Below are positions 26,328-33,739 of a DNA stretch of 64,000 bases, piece by piece; position 1 is the stretch's first letter; each line of letters starts with the position of its first letter. The stretch is from contig JBFFBV010000012.1 in NCBI GenBank assembly GCA_041560205.1, positions 2,208-66,207 of the forward strand, read 5' to 3'. The stretch is from Candidatus Sulfomarinibacter sp. Lineage in GTDB: Bacteria > Acidobacteriota > Thermoanaerobaculia > Thermoanaerobaculales > Sulfomarinibacteraceae. The translations under genes were made by a program, and so were the position numbers. Below the pieces are notes generated by a model, which was not told the origin of the DNA, made no database searches, and saw only the letters and a program-made list of their open reading frames with translations.

Positions 26328-27188
26328 ATGGGGACTCGAAGGCTGATTCTGCTGGCCCTCGGCCTGTTCCTCTGGAGTGTGAATGCCATCCCCGCCCAGC
26401 AGGTGCCTGAATCGGCCGCATCGACCGGCGATCTCGAGTCCGAGGCGAAGGACGCGAGCACGGTCATGCTGCCGTGCACACCGGTGGCCGCATACTGGAC
26501 CGGTCCGCCACCGTCCTCCGGGATGCCACCCGGGCCGGAACTCGCCGTCGTTTCCGTCAAGGTCCGACCGAAGGACGCTCGAGTCCACCTCGATGGGCGT
26601 TTCGTTGGTCGTGCCCGCTACCTGGACGGAAAACCAGGCTATTTGTACCTCGAGCCCGGGGTCTACCGGTTGGAGCTCCGCCTCGAAGGGTATCGCAAGG
26701 TCGTTGTCGAGCTGGACGCCGCCGTGGCCTGTCGTTACGACCTGAAGCACTCTATGGAGAGGGACAGGTCCCCGGCTTCGGGCGCCTCGGGGAAAGCCTA
26801 CGGCAAGGGGATGCCCTTCAACCGCGTCTATGGCCCGATCGAGGAGCCGCAGAAGGTGGCGGCCGCAAGCCGCAATCATGGTCCCGATCCGAGCCTCAGG
26901 AGTGATCTGGGTTCGAATTCCGGAAAGGGGGAGGGTCGAGTTCGCGCGCCCGGAGCTTCCCTCCGGTTGAGGGTGAGCCCGGAATCGGCATCGGTGTCGA
27001 TCGACGGGGCTTTCGTGGCCACCGGCAGAGAACTGGCCCTCATGGAACGGCCGCTCGCGACAACAGCCGGTACGCATCTCGTGGTGGTTCGTGCTCCCGG
27101 ATACGTCGAGGCCTCGAGAAGCATCGAGCTCGAAAGTGGCGAGGTCTTGGAGCTCCATTTCTCGCTCTCTGAAAAAGGAACGAATTGA
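26328..27188 (+). CDS. Secreted PEGA domain-containing protein
   Basis: Signal peptide LILLALGLFLWSVNAIPAQ and two PEGA-like modules (VSVKVRPKDARVHLDG...GYRKVVVEL; LRVSPESASVSIDG...APGYVEASRSIEL). Confidence 0.72.
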   Translation: MGTRRLILLALGLFLWSVNAIPAQQVPESAASTGDLESEAKDASTVMLPCTPVAAYWTGPPPSSGMPPGPELAVVSVKVRPKDARVHLDGRFVGRARYLDGKPGYLYLEPGVYRLELRLEGYRKVVVELDAAVACRYDLKHSMERDRSPASGASGKAYGKGMPFNRVYGPIEEPQKVAAASRNHGPDPSLRSDLGSNSGKGEGRVRAPGASLRLRVSPESASVSIDGAFVATGRELALMERPLATTAGTHLVVVRAPGYVEASRSIELESGEVLELHFSLSEKGTN

Positions 27189-27268
27189 GACCCAGCGTGA
27201 GAGACGAGCGGGGTGAAATCGAAGAAAACCGGCCGTTGTGCCTCAAAGCCGGGGCACTCCGGGTGAGG

Positions 27269-27298
27269 TTGGACAACGAGATGAGCCCATGCTAGGAT
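27269..27298 (+). promoter_or_regulatory. Putative sigma70 promoter of candidate sRNA
   Basis: TTGGAC (27269-74), 18-nt spacer, TAGGAT (27293-98). Confidence 0.4.
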
Positions 27299-27304
27299 GG
27301 GTTA

Positions 27305-27475
27305 TCAATTGAGAAAGGGAGGGGTTCGGGGAAGCCAACCACCTTGAGACCTACCTCTATGAGGCCTACCTTTTCAGGCCAGCCAATATTTTCCCATCGT
27401 CTTGATCCTACCTTTTGAGCCGAACCGGCCCTCCCAATTCCTCGAACGCCCGGCCCACCAGGGCCGGGCTTTTTA
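27305..27475 (+). ncRNA. Candidate ~170-nt structured small RNA with three CCUACCU(Y)UU motifs
   Basis: A promoter-like element lies upstream. A long interrupted closing helix pairs 27317-27329 (GGGAGGGGTTCGG) with 27420-27435 (CCGAACCGGCCCTCCC). Three copies of CCTACCT(C/T)TT occur at 27350, 27365 and 27407. A canonical intrinsic terminator sits at the 3' end. The region has no plausible CDS. Confidence 0.45.
27448..27475 (+). terminator. Rho-independent terminator
   Basis: GCCCGGCCC-ACCA-GGGCCGGGC (9-bp GC stem, 4-nt loop) followed by TTTTT. Confidence 0.75.
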
Positions 27476-27502
27476 CGACCCGGTTCCCGGGCCGCAAAAA
27501 AA

Positions 27503-27530
27503 GTGAAGAGTGAAGTGTAAAGAGTGAAGC
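27503..27530. repeat. Heptamer tandem repeat (GTGAAGN) x4
   Basis: GTGAAGA GTGAAGT GTAAAGA GTGAAGC. Complementary CTTCAC/CACTTC copies lie 20-40 nt downstream. Confidence 0.85.
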
Positions 27531-27573
27531 CCACCCACCCCCTCGGATTCACTTCAGTCGTTCGACCTTCACC

Positions 27574-27594
27574 CTTAACTCTTGACTCTTAACT
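27574..27594. repeat. Heptamer tandem repeat (CTTRACT) x3
   Basis: CTTAACT CTTGACT CTTAACT, the reverse complement of the AGTTAAG-type unit seen at 12808. Confidence 0.8.
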
Positions 27595-27629
27595 AGCCGG
27601 GGTAGGTACTCCAAGGCGCGAGAACGGAT

Positions 27630-28205
27630 TCAGCTCGGTTCGGTGGAGCCAGCGTCAACGAGAGTGCCGGGATCGATGCCGATCGATCTCAGGGCTGCCG
27701 CCCACCGCTCTTCGACCGGCACGTCGAACACGATCGAGGTGTCGAGAGGTGCAACCACCCACGAGTTTTGCTCGATCTCGCGCTCGAGCTGACCCGGATA
27801 CCAACCGGCGTATCCGAGGAGCAGGAAGTAGCGGGTCGGGTCGCTATCACGTGTGAGACGCGCGAGGGTCTCTGTGTTGCCGGAGACGATGAGCGAGTCC
27901 GAGATGGCGATGTCGTCGTCGGCAACCGACTGATCTCCTCGTTCGTAAAGGACGAAACCGTGGCTCGGCTGGACCGGCCCGCCACCGTAAACCTCCGGCA
28001 GGTCCCCCGGCGCCGCCTCCTCACCGAGCTCCTCGAGGATCTCGTTCAGGTCGATGTCGAGAGAGCGGTTGATGACCAGCCCGAAGGCGCCCTCGTCGCC
28101 TGAGTGTACGCCGAGAAGCACAACCGATTGCCAGAAGTTCGGATCGGCGAGGTTCGGCATCGCGATGAGGAGATGCCCGGCGAGCGACTGCGAGCTCTGC
28201 TTCAT
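27630..28205 (-). CDS. algH: YqgE/AlgH family protein (UPF0301)
   Basis: N-terminal LAGHLLIAMPNLADPNFWQSVVLL...GAFGLVINR family signature. 191 aa. Confidence 0.85.
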   Translation of the reverse strand: MKQSSQSLAGHLLIAMPNLADPNFWQSVVLLGVHSGDEGAFGLVINRSLDIDLNEILEELGEEAAPGDLPEVYGGGPVQPSHGFVLYERGDQSVADDDIAISDSLIVSGNTETLARLTRDSDPTRYFLLLGYAGWYPGQLEREIEQNSWVVAPLDTSIVFDVPVEERWAAALRSIGIDPGTLVDAGSTEPS

Positions 28206-29191
28206 TCCCGCATCCTACCAGCGGAGTCCGGAGTTTGTCTCTTCAGCTGAACCGTCCTCAGCATTGCCGCGCCCTCCGAGGCGAAGGGTGGCCGAGGTCG
28301 GCGTGGGCGACCGAAGTCCAAGACAACGAGGCAATGGGGTTTCTTCCAGGTCATTGTGATCCCGTCATCGACCGAAGGAGTGGTCTCATCGGGGGGCCCC
28401 CAGACGGCAATGGCCGCCGCGGGCGTCGTCTGCCATCCCAGGCCGTCGTCGAATTGAAGACGATACGGTGTGTAGCGGAGGAGGTTCTCGGCCTGGAGGA
28501 GAACCTCGTCGAGCCGTTGGTCGCCGTCGAAGAGAAAGGCCCAGATGAGGGCGGGCCCGGCGTGTGCGGTCAGGACGGGTGCCTCGGGCGATGAAGACCG
28601 CGCTTTAAGGCGATTGACCGCATCCTCGCGCCGATCACCGAGGCTGACGTCAAGTATCCGCCCGCGGCCAACATCCAGCTCGAGGGGAATGACAAACTCA
28701 CTCACGATCGAATGGACCTCGGGCTCAGACGCGAATTGGCGTTCCCCGGGCAGGGTCAGGGCAAGGTAGAGATCTCGCGCTCCGCTCTTGAGGATCTCTC
28801 GGAGGATGGCGTAGGCCTGGTCCTTGTCGCCAACGAGGTATGACGTGGCTTCGAAGTAGATCGCGGTTTCGGCCCGCTCCGGGCGAAGCCGCACCGCCTG
28901 GCGGAAGGCGCGATGGGCTTCGTGGTATCGCCCTAGATGGAAATAGGCTCTTCCGATTTCGGCTGCCGTGACGTAGCGCGTCTCCGAATCGGTGACCGCG
29001 TTGAACGGCGTGAGGAGCTCGATAACCTCGGCGTAACGGTGGTCGGCTGCGGCATCCCGCGCTTGCGCGAGGGCAAACTCGAATTCTGTCTCCGCATGGA
29101 CCTTGCAGGCAACGAGCGCCACCAGAATCCAAATCGAAAGGGTTCTGAGAGTCACGGGCAAACCGTATCTCGAAAACGAAGCCGAGTCCAT
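28202..29191 (-). CDS. Secreted TPR-repeat protein
   Basis: Start taken at MDSASF (29191), giving a signal-like LRTLSIWILVALVAC. TPR-like helices follow (GRAYFHLGRYHEAHRAFRQAVRLRP). The stop overlaps the algH start. Confidence 0.6.
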   Translation of the reverse strand: MDSASFSRYGLPVTLRTLSIWILVALVACKVHAETEFEFALAQARDAAADHRYAEVIELLTPFNAVTDSETRYVTAAEIGRAYFHLGRYHEAHRAFRQAVRLRPERAETAIYFEATSYLVGDKDQAYAILREILKSGARDLYLALTLPGERQFASEPEVHSIVSEFVIPLELDVGRGRILDVSLGDRREDAVNRLKARSSSPEAPVLTAHAGPALIWAFLFDGDQRLDEVLLQAENLLRYTPYRLQFDDGLGWQTTPAAAIAVWGPPDETTPSVDDGITMTWKKPHCLVVLDFGRPRRPRPPFASEGAAMLRTVQLKRQTPDSAGRMRE

Positions 29192-29247
29192 GACGCAGCG
29201 CACAGCGAGGCGAATGTGCTGCGGGATCTTCGAGGTATGATCGCCAG

Positions 29248-29631
29248 ATGACCGAGCCAGATCAGATCCGCTTGAGTCGGCCCTCTCATCCGCTGGATGA
29301 CGGTGTCTTGGATGAGCTCCGTCAAGGGCTCGAAAGGTGCACTGACGTGGCCTTCGCCCACCTGGTCGATGTCGACGTGCTCGAAAGGGACGACGGACCC
29401 TCACCGGCGCTGTTCGTGTGGATCGTGCCCGGGGCGATGAAATCCCTGCGCCAGGCCCTCAATCTGGTTTCCGAGGTCGTGTCCGAAGCGCTTCCGTCGG
29501 ACCGATTCCTGGACGTGCTGATTTTGAACTCGGCGCCGGAGCTGTTGCCCGACCTGGAGCGGGTCGGGGGCCTATTCGTGGAGAGGGACCCGGATGAACG
29601 GAGGAGGGCTCTGGCGGCGCTTTCGCCGTGA
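29248..29631 (+). CDS. Hypothetical acidic protein
   Basis: 127-aa ORF with coding-like composition, divergent from the TPR gene. No family recognised. Confidence 0.45.
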   Translation: MTEPDQIRLSRPSHPLDDGVLDELRQGLERCTDVAFAHLVDVDVLERDDGPSPALFVWIVPGAMKSLRQALNLVSEVVSEALPSDRFLDVLILNSAPELLPDLERVGGLFVERDPDERRRALAALSP

Positions 29632-29742
29632 GGGTGCCAGGTCCCGCAGTTCCGCGCCTCCAACCTCACGGAGGACGAGCCCAGGCCCGTCCAGATGAGG
29701 AGGAGATATGACGGCTCTACGGACCCGGCACCCCGGAGCCCC

Positions 29743-29772
29743 TTGCCTTGACGCCGAAACCGCCCGTACAAT
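29743..29772 (+). promoter_or_regulatory. Putative sigma70 promoter upstream of the STAS gene
   Basis: TTGCCT (29743-48), 18-nt spacer, TACAAT (29767-72), 27 nt before the ATG at 29799. Confidence 0.4.
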
Positions 29773-29798
29773 GGGCGCCGAACACGGGGAGAGGGCAC

Positions 29799-30146
29799 AT
29801 GGAGATCGAACGGTTGGAGGAGAGCGGCGTCACCGTCGTCGCGGTTCGCGGCGTCATCAACTTCGGCGAGTCGGCTCGCCAATTCTCTTCCTACCTTTCG
29901 GAGCTTCTCGAAGCGGGGGTCCCGTCGGTGTTGGTCGATATGTCGGGCATCGACAACGTCGACTCGACGGGTCTCGGCGAGCTGGTGGGCTATCTCCAGC
30001 GTTTCGAGAAGGAGGGCCGCCGCCTGGCGCTCTTTCGGCCTCACCAGCGAATTCTCAGCTTGCTTCGCCTCACCCGCCTCGACGAGATCTTCTCGATCTT
30101 CGAAAACCGGGAGGAAGCGATCGAGGCCCTCCAGCCCTCATCCTGA
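29799..30146 (+). CDS. STAS-domain anti-sigma-factor antagonist
   Basis: SpoIIAA-like pattern VVAVRGVINFGESA...VLVDMSGIDNVDSTGLGELV. 115 aa. Confidence 0.85.
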   Translation: MEIERLEESGVTVVAVRGVINFGESARQFSSYLSELLEAGVPSVLVDMSGIDNVDSTGLGELVGYLQRFEKEGRRLALFRPHQRILSLLRLTRLDEIFSIFENREEAIEALQPSS

Positions 30147-31196
30147 GACCGGGATCTCGTACCGCCATCCGAAGGGATCGTCCTGGGTCGCGGTCTGGAT
30201 CCCGACGAGCGTGTCGTAAAGCTTTTGCCAGCGCTCGTCGAATGGGTACTCCCAGCTCCGCTCACCATCGACGATTCTCTCGATCCACGTGATCACCGCC
30301 GCGGTCCCGCAGCAGGCTGCCGCCGAAACTTCATCCAACTCCTCGACGGAGATCTTCCGCTCCTCGGTCTTCCATCCGAAGATTTCGCCGGCGATTGCGA
30401 GCAACGACTGTCGCGTGATGGAGCGCAGGATGCTGGGCGAGTCCGGGGTGATCAGCACCTCCCCCTTGAATCCGAGGAAGTTGGCGGCTCCGACCTCTTC
30501 GATGTACGTGCGTTCGACGGGGTCGAGGTAGATCGCGTCGATGAAACCGGCTTTCTTGGCCTCGGCGCCAGGATGGAACGAGGCCGCGTAATTCCCGCCC
30601 GCCTTGACATGCCCGGTTCCGTGCGGGGCAGCCCTGTCGAATTGACTGATCATGAACGCCTTGCCCTGATCGGGCCCGAATCCGCCCTGGTAATACGGGC
30701 CGACCGGTGTGACGAAGATCCGGAAGACGTAGGCGGACGCCGGCTTGACGCCGACGTTGTCGCCGGTACCGAGATACATCGGCCGCACGTACAAGGATGC
30801 GCCGCTGCCATGCGCCGGAACGTAGGGGTGATTGGCCGCCACGACCTCTTCGAGGCCGCGCATGAAGAGTGCTTCCGGAACCTCCGGCCCGCGGAGATAG
30901 CGGGCTCCCTCGTTGAGCCGGCGCGAGTTGTCGAGCGGCCGAAAAGAGTAGATCTTGCCGTCGCCACCGCGGTGGACCTTCATACCCTCGAAGAGCTGTT
31001 GACCGTAGTGCAGGCTCTGACTTCCCTCGGGGAGGTGCATCGTGTTGTCCTCGACGATCCCCCGCGCCCTCCACACGCCGTGCTCGAAGACCGCCTCGAA
31101 GCGGTAGGGACAGGCGAGGTAGTTGAAGCCCAGATTCGAGAACTCGAGGTCAACCATTGCGCTGTCTCCGAGGAAGTAGTACCGCGGCTTGGCCAT
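30138..31196 (-). CDS. ilvE: Branched-chain amino acid aminotransferase
   Basis: Class IV aminotransferase pattern (LHYGQQLFEGMKV...SLYVRP...YLDPVERTYIEEVGAANF). Start at MAKPRYY is uncertain (alternative 31157). Confidence 0.85.
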   Translation of the reverse strand: MAKPRYYFLGDSAMVDLEFSNLGFNYLACPYRFEAVFEHGVWRARGIVEDNTMHLPEGSQSLHYGQQLFEGMKVHRGGDGKIYSFRPLDNSRRLNEGARYLRGPEVPEALFMRGLEEVVAANHPYVPAHGSGASLYVRPMYLGTGDNVGVKPASAYVFRIFVTPVGPYYQGGFGPDQGKAFMISQFDRAAPHGTGHVKAGGNYAASFHPGAEAKKAGFIDAIYLDPVERTYIEEVGAANFLGFKGEVLITPDSPSILRSITRQSLLAIAGEIFGWKTEERKISVEELDEVSAAACCGTAAVITWIERIVDGERSWEYPFDERWQKLYDTLVGIQTATQDDPFGWRYEIPVSG

Positions 31197-31469
31197 TCGC
31201 ACCTCCGTTTCGTGGGCTTTCTGACGGTCGATTGGGGTCGGGCGGCTCTCGTTGCGATCGCAGGCGCCGACACCCGGAGACAGGATAACCGGTCCAGACC
31301 GGTTTGCGCCACTCGACGATTCTGACGATCTGAGCGAGAATGAACGCCATCCCGTGAGGCAAGGTGTCATCAGCGGGGGACGCCCGAAAGCTCGGTGGGT
31401 CATGAGATCTCGTCACATTTTGGCATCGGGTTTGCAACTGAATAGGCGACTGGAACGAAAGGGGACGCA

Positions 31470-32072
31470 ATGAAATCCACCAACAAACGAAGGATCGTCA
31501 CAATTCTGGCGCTGATTGGCCTGGCCGCGACGACGGTCAGCTGCTCTTCGACAACGCCGACCGACACCCCGGGTGTCGAGCGCATGGGCCGATACGTCCT
31601 GCGCCAGTACGGGCCCGAGCTCTGGACGGTGCTGGGCTACAAGTTCGCGAACTCCCAGATCGGCGGTGAGTGGATGATCCTCGAGGTCGGTCTGAGCTCG
31701 CCCAACGGTCAATCCGCCGACGTTTCCCGTGAAAACGTTTTTCTTCGCGCCCCGGATGGCACTCGCGTCGCCCTCATGACCCAGCCGGAGTTCAATGAAG
31801 CCTACGCCACATTGCGCCCGATCATCTCCCAGGCCGACGTCAATCGCGATCCGCTCGACTACTTTCCGCCGAGTCGGGAGGACTGCCCGATCAGGTTTTT
31901 CTCGACGCCGGGCCAGGGGGTGGTTTTTGAAGAGGTCTCGCTCAACGACCGGAGAGGCTGTTTCGGGCGGCTCTACTTCCGCGTCTCCGGCGGGATCCAG
32001 CCGGGCCGATGGGTGCTCGGTATCGACCTACCCGAGAGCGAGATCCGGATCCCCTTCGACCTCGGGGAGTAG
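31470..32072 (+). CDS. Hypothetical lipoprotein
   Basis: Lipobox signal MKSTNKRRIVTILALIGLAATTVSC. 200 aa. No family recognised. Confidence 0.6.
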   Translation: MKSTNKRRIVTILALIGLAATTVSCSSTTPTDTPGVERMGRYVLRQYGPELWTVLGYKFANSQIGGEWMILEVGLSSPNGQSADVSRENVFLRAPDGTRVALMTQPEFNEAYATLRPIISQADVNRDPLDYFPPSREDCPIRFFSTPGQGVVFEEVSLNDRRGCFGRLYFRVSGGIQPGRWVLGIDLPESEIRIPFDLGE

Positions 32073-32096
32073 CACCTACCCGCGGACCCGAATACA

Positions 32097-32233
32097 GGAT
32101 GCACCCGCCCTCCCATCCACCCGGATGCAGGATGCAGGTCTACTTTGCTGGACCGGGTGTCCGGTGCCGAGATGGGAAGGGTGGGCGGCCCTGCATCCTG
32201 AACCCTGAATCCTGAATCTGGGTGGGTGGGTGG
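32097..32233. repeat. Composite intergenic repeat: imperfect inverted repeat plus heptamer and tetramer tandem repeats
   Basis: GGATGCA x3 (32097, 32122, 32129). CCTGCAT CCTGAAC CCTGAAT CCTGAAT (32189-32216). (TGGG)n (32219-32233). Left GGATGCACCCGCCCTCCCATC is roughly the reverse complement of right GATGGGAAGGGTGGGCGGCCCTGCATCC. Confidence 0.8.
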
Positions 32234-33649
32234 TCAGGGGAAGATTCCCCTGTGCTTATACACCGTCGCGATCTTGTCGATTGCGCTGACCATCGAAGCG
32301 GTCCGCAGGTCGATGCCCTCGTGCCGCTGCTTGATCTCCCGGATCTCGTTGGAGGCCTTGATCATGGTTTCCTCGAGACCGGAGTTGACGAGGTCGATCT
32401 CGTCGGCCCCGCGGGCGAAATCGTCGATCTCGTCGTCGCTGAATGACGATCCGGTCGCGTGCTCGATGGCGTTGAGGATTTGCCGCGCGGCTTTCTCCTC
32501 GAATCGTTTCTCCATGCGGCCGAAGCGGACGTGCTGCAGATTCTTGAGCCACTCGAAGTAGGACACGGTGACGCCGCCGGCATTGATGAAAGCGTCGGGG
32601 ATCACCAGGACACCACGCTGGTGAAGGTGCTCGCTCGCCTCAGCCGACACCGGGCCGTTGGCGGCCTCGCCGATGATCTTGGCCTGGATTCTCGGCGCGT
32701 TGTCCATCGTGATGGCGTTTTCGAGGGCGGCCGGCACCAGGATGTCGCACTCAAGCTCGAGCCCGGCGTCTCGCTCGTCGAGGTTCTGGGCGCCCGGAAA
32801 ATCGAGCAGGGAGCCGGTCTCGCGCCGATGGGCCATCACGTCTTCGACGTGCATCCCCTTCGGCGATGAGATTGCGCCCTCGTACTCGATGAGGCCGACG
32901 ATCGTGGCGCCGCCTTCTTCCTCGAGAAACTTGGCCGTGTGATAGCCCACGTTGCCGAGACCCTGGACGACGACCCGCTTGCCCTCGAGACCTGGGCTGA
33001 GGTCGAGCGGCCGCATGTCGCGGCCGCGGCTGCAGACCTCGCGCAGCGCGTAGAAGATCCCCCTGCCCGTGGCCTCCGTGCGACCCCGAATGCCCCCTTG
33101 CTGGATCGGTTTCGCGGTCACACAACCGAGGGCGTTGATGTCATGCGGAGCGAGGGTGGCATAGGTGTCCGCGATCCATCCCATCTCGCGCGAACCTGTG
33201 GCGAAGTCCGGTGCCGGCACGTCGAGGCCGGGACCGATGAAGTTCTTTTTGAACAGCTCGAAGGTGAATCGGCGTGTGATCCTCTCGAGCTCTGGCTCCG
33301 AGTATTGGTGGGCCGAGATCTTGACGCCGCCCTTGGCGCCGCCGAAGGGCACGTCGACGATGGCGCATTTGTAGGTCATGAGCGCGGCGAGGGCCATGAC
33401 CTCGTCTTCGTCGACCATCGCCGCATAGCGGATGCCCCCTTTGGTGGGCAGCATGTGGTGGCTGTGCTCCGCCCGCCACGCGTGCAGCACCTCGATCTCG
33501 CCGTTGTCCCTTTTGATCGGAAAGGTGAAGTGGATGACGCTGTTGATCTCCTTGATCTGGTCGAGCATGCCTGTCGAGTGATCGGTCAGCCTTGCGGCCC
33601 GGTCGAAGTTCGTGTTCACCTGATCGAAAAAGCTCATCGGAGCGGCCAT
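32234..33649 (-). CDS. gdh: Glu/Leu/Phe/Val-family (glutamate) dehydrogenase
   Basis: Catalytic-region motifs LPTKGGIRY and VPFGGAKGGVKI, plus Rossmann motif VVVQGLGNVG. Confidence 0.88.
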   Translation of the reverse strand: MAAPMSFFDQVNTNFDRAARLTDHSTGMLDQIKEINSVIHFTFPIKRDNGEIEVLHAWRAEHSHHMLPTKGGIRYAAMVDEDEVMALAALMTYKCAIVDVPFGGAKGGVKISAHQYSEPELERITRRFTFELFKKNFIGPGLDVPAPDFATGSREMGWIADTYATLAPHDINALGCVTAKPIQQGGIRGRTEATGRGIFYALREVCSRGRDMRPLDLSPGLEGKRVVVQGLGNVGYHTAKFLEEEGGATIVGLIEYEGAISSPKGMHVEDVMAHRRETGSLLDFPGAQNLDERDAGLELECDILVPAALENAITMDNAPRIQAKIIGEAANGPVSAEASEHLHQRGVLVIPDAFINAGGVTVSYFEWLKNLQHVRFGRMEKRFEEKAARQILNAIEHATGSSFSDDEIDDFARGADEIDLVNSGLEETMIKASNEIREIKQRHEGIDLRTASMVSAIDKIATVYKHRGIFP

Positions 33650-33739
33650 TCATGTCCTCCGTCAACTGCCATCGGATGAGAAATGATACCAGGGGGCCTG
33701 ACGAGCGGGCGGCATCCTCCGCGTGACGATACCGAGCGC

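Noticed and set aside
26895-26925. tRNA-like T-arm sequence GGTTCGAATTCC
   Set aside because: It lies inside the PEGA coding sequence. I could find no acceptor, D or anticodon stems around it.
25358-27158. Two long minus-strand ORFs (25358..26560 and 25869..27158)
   Set aside because: They are antisense to the GT2 and PEGA genes, which have clear signatures (DDGSSDGT; signal peptide plus PEGA modules).
27476-27500. Second hairpin (CCCGG-TTC-CCGGG) plus an A7 run as the algH terminator
   Set aside because: On the algH (minus) transcript the U-run would precede the stem rather than follow it, so it does not fit an intrinsic terminator.
27292-27552. 86-aa minus-strand ORF across the sRNA candidate region
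   Set aside because: It has no SD or promoter, a Gly/Pro/Arg-rich low-complexity translation, and it spans a terminator hairpin and tandem repeats.
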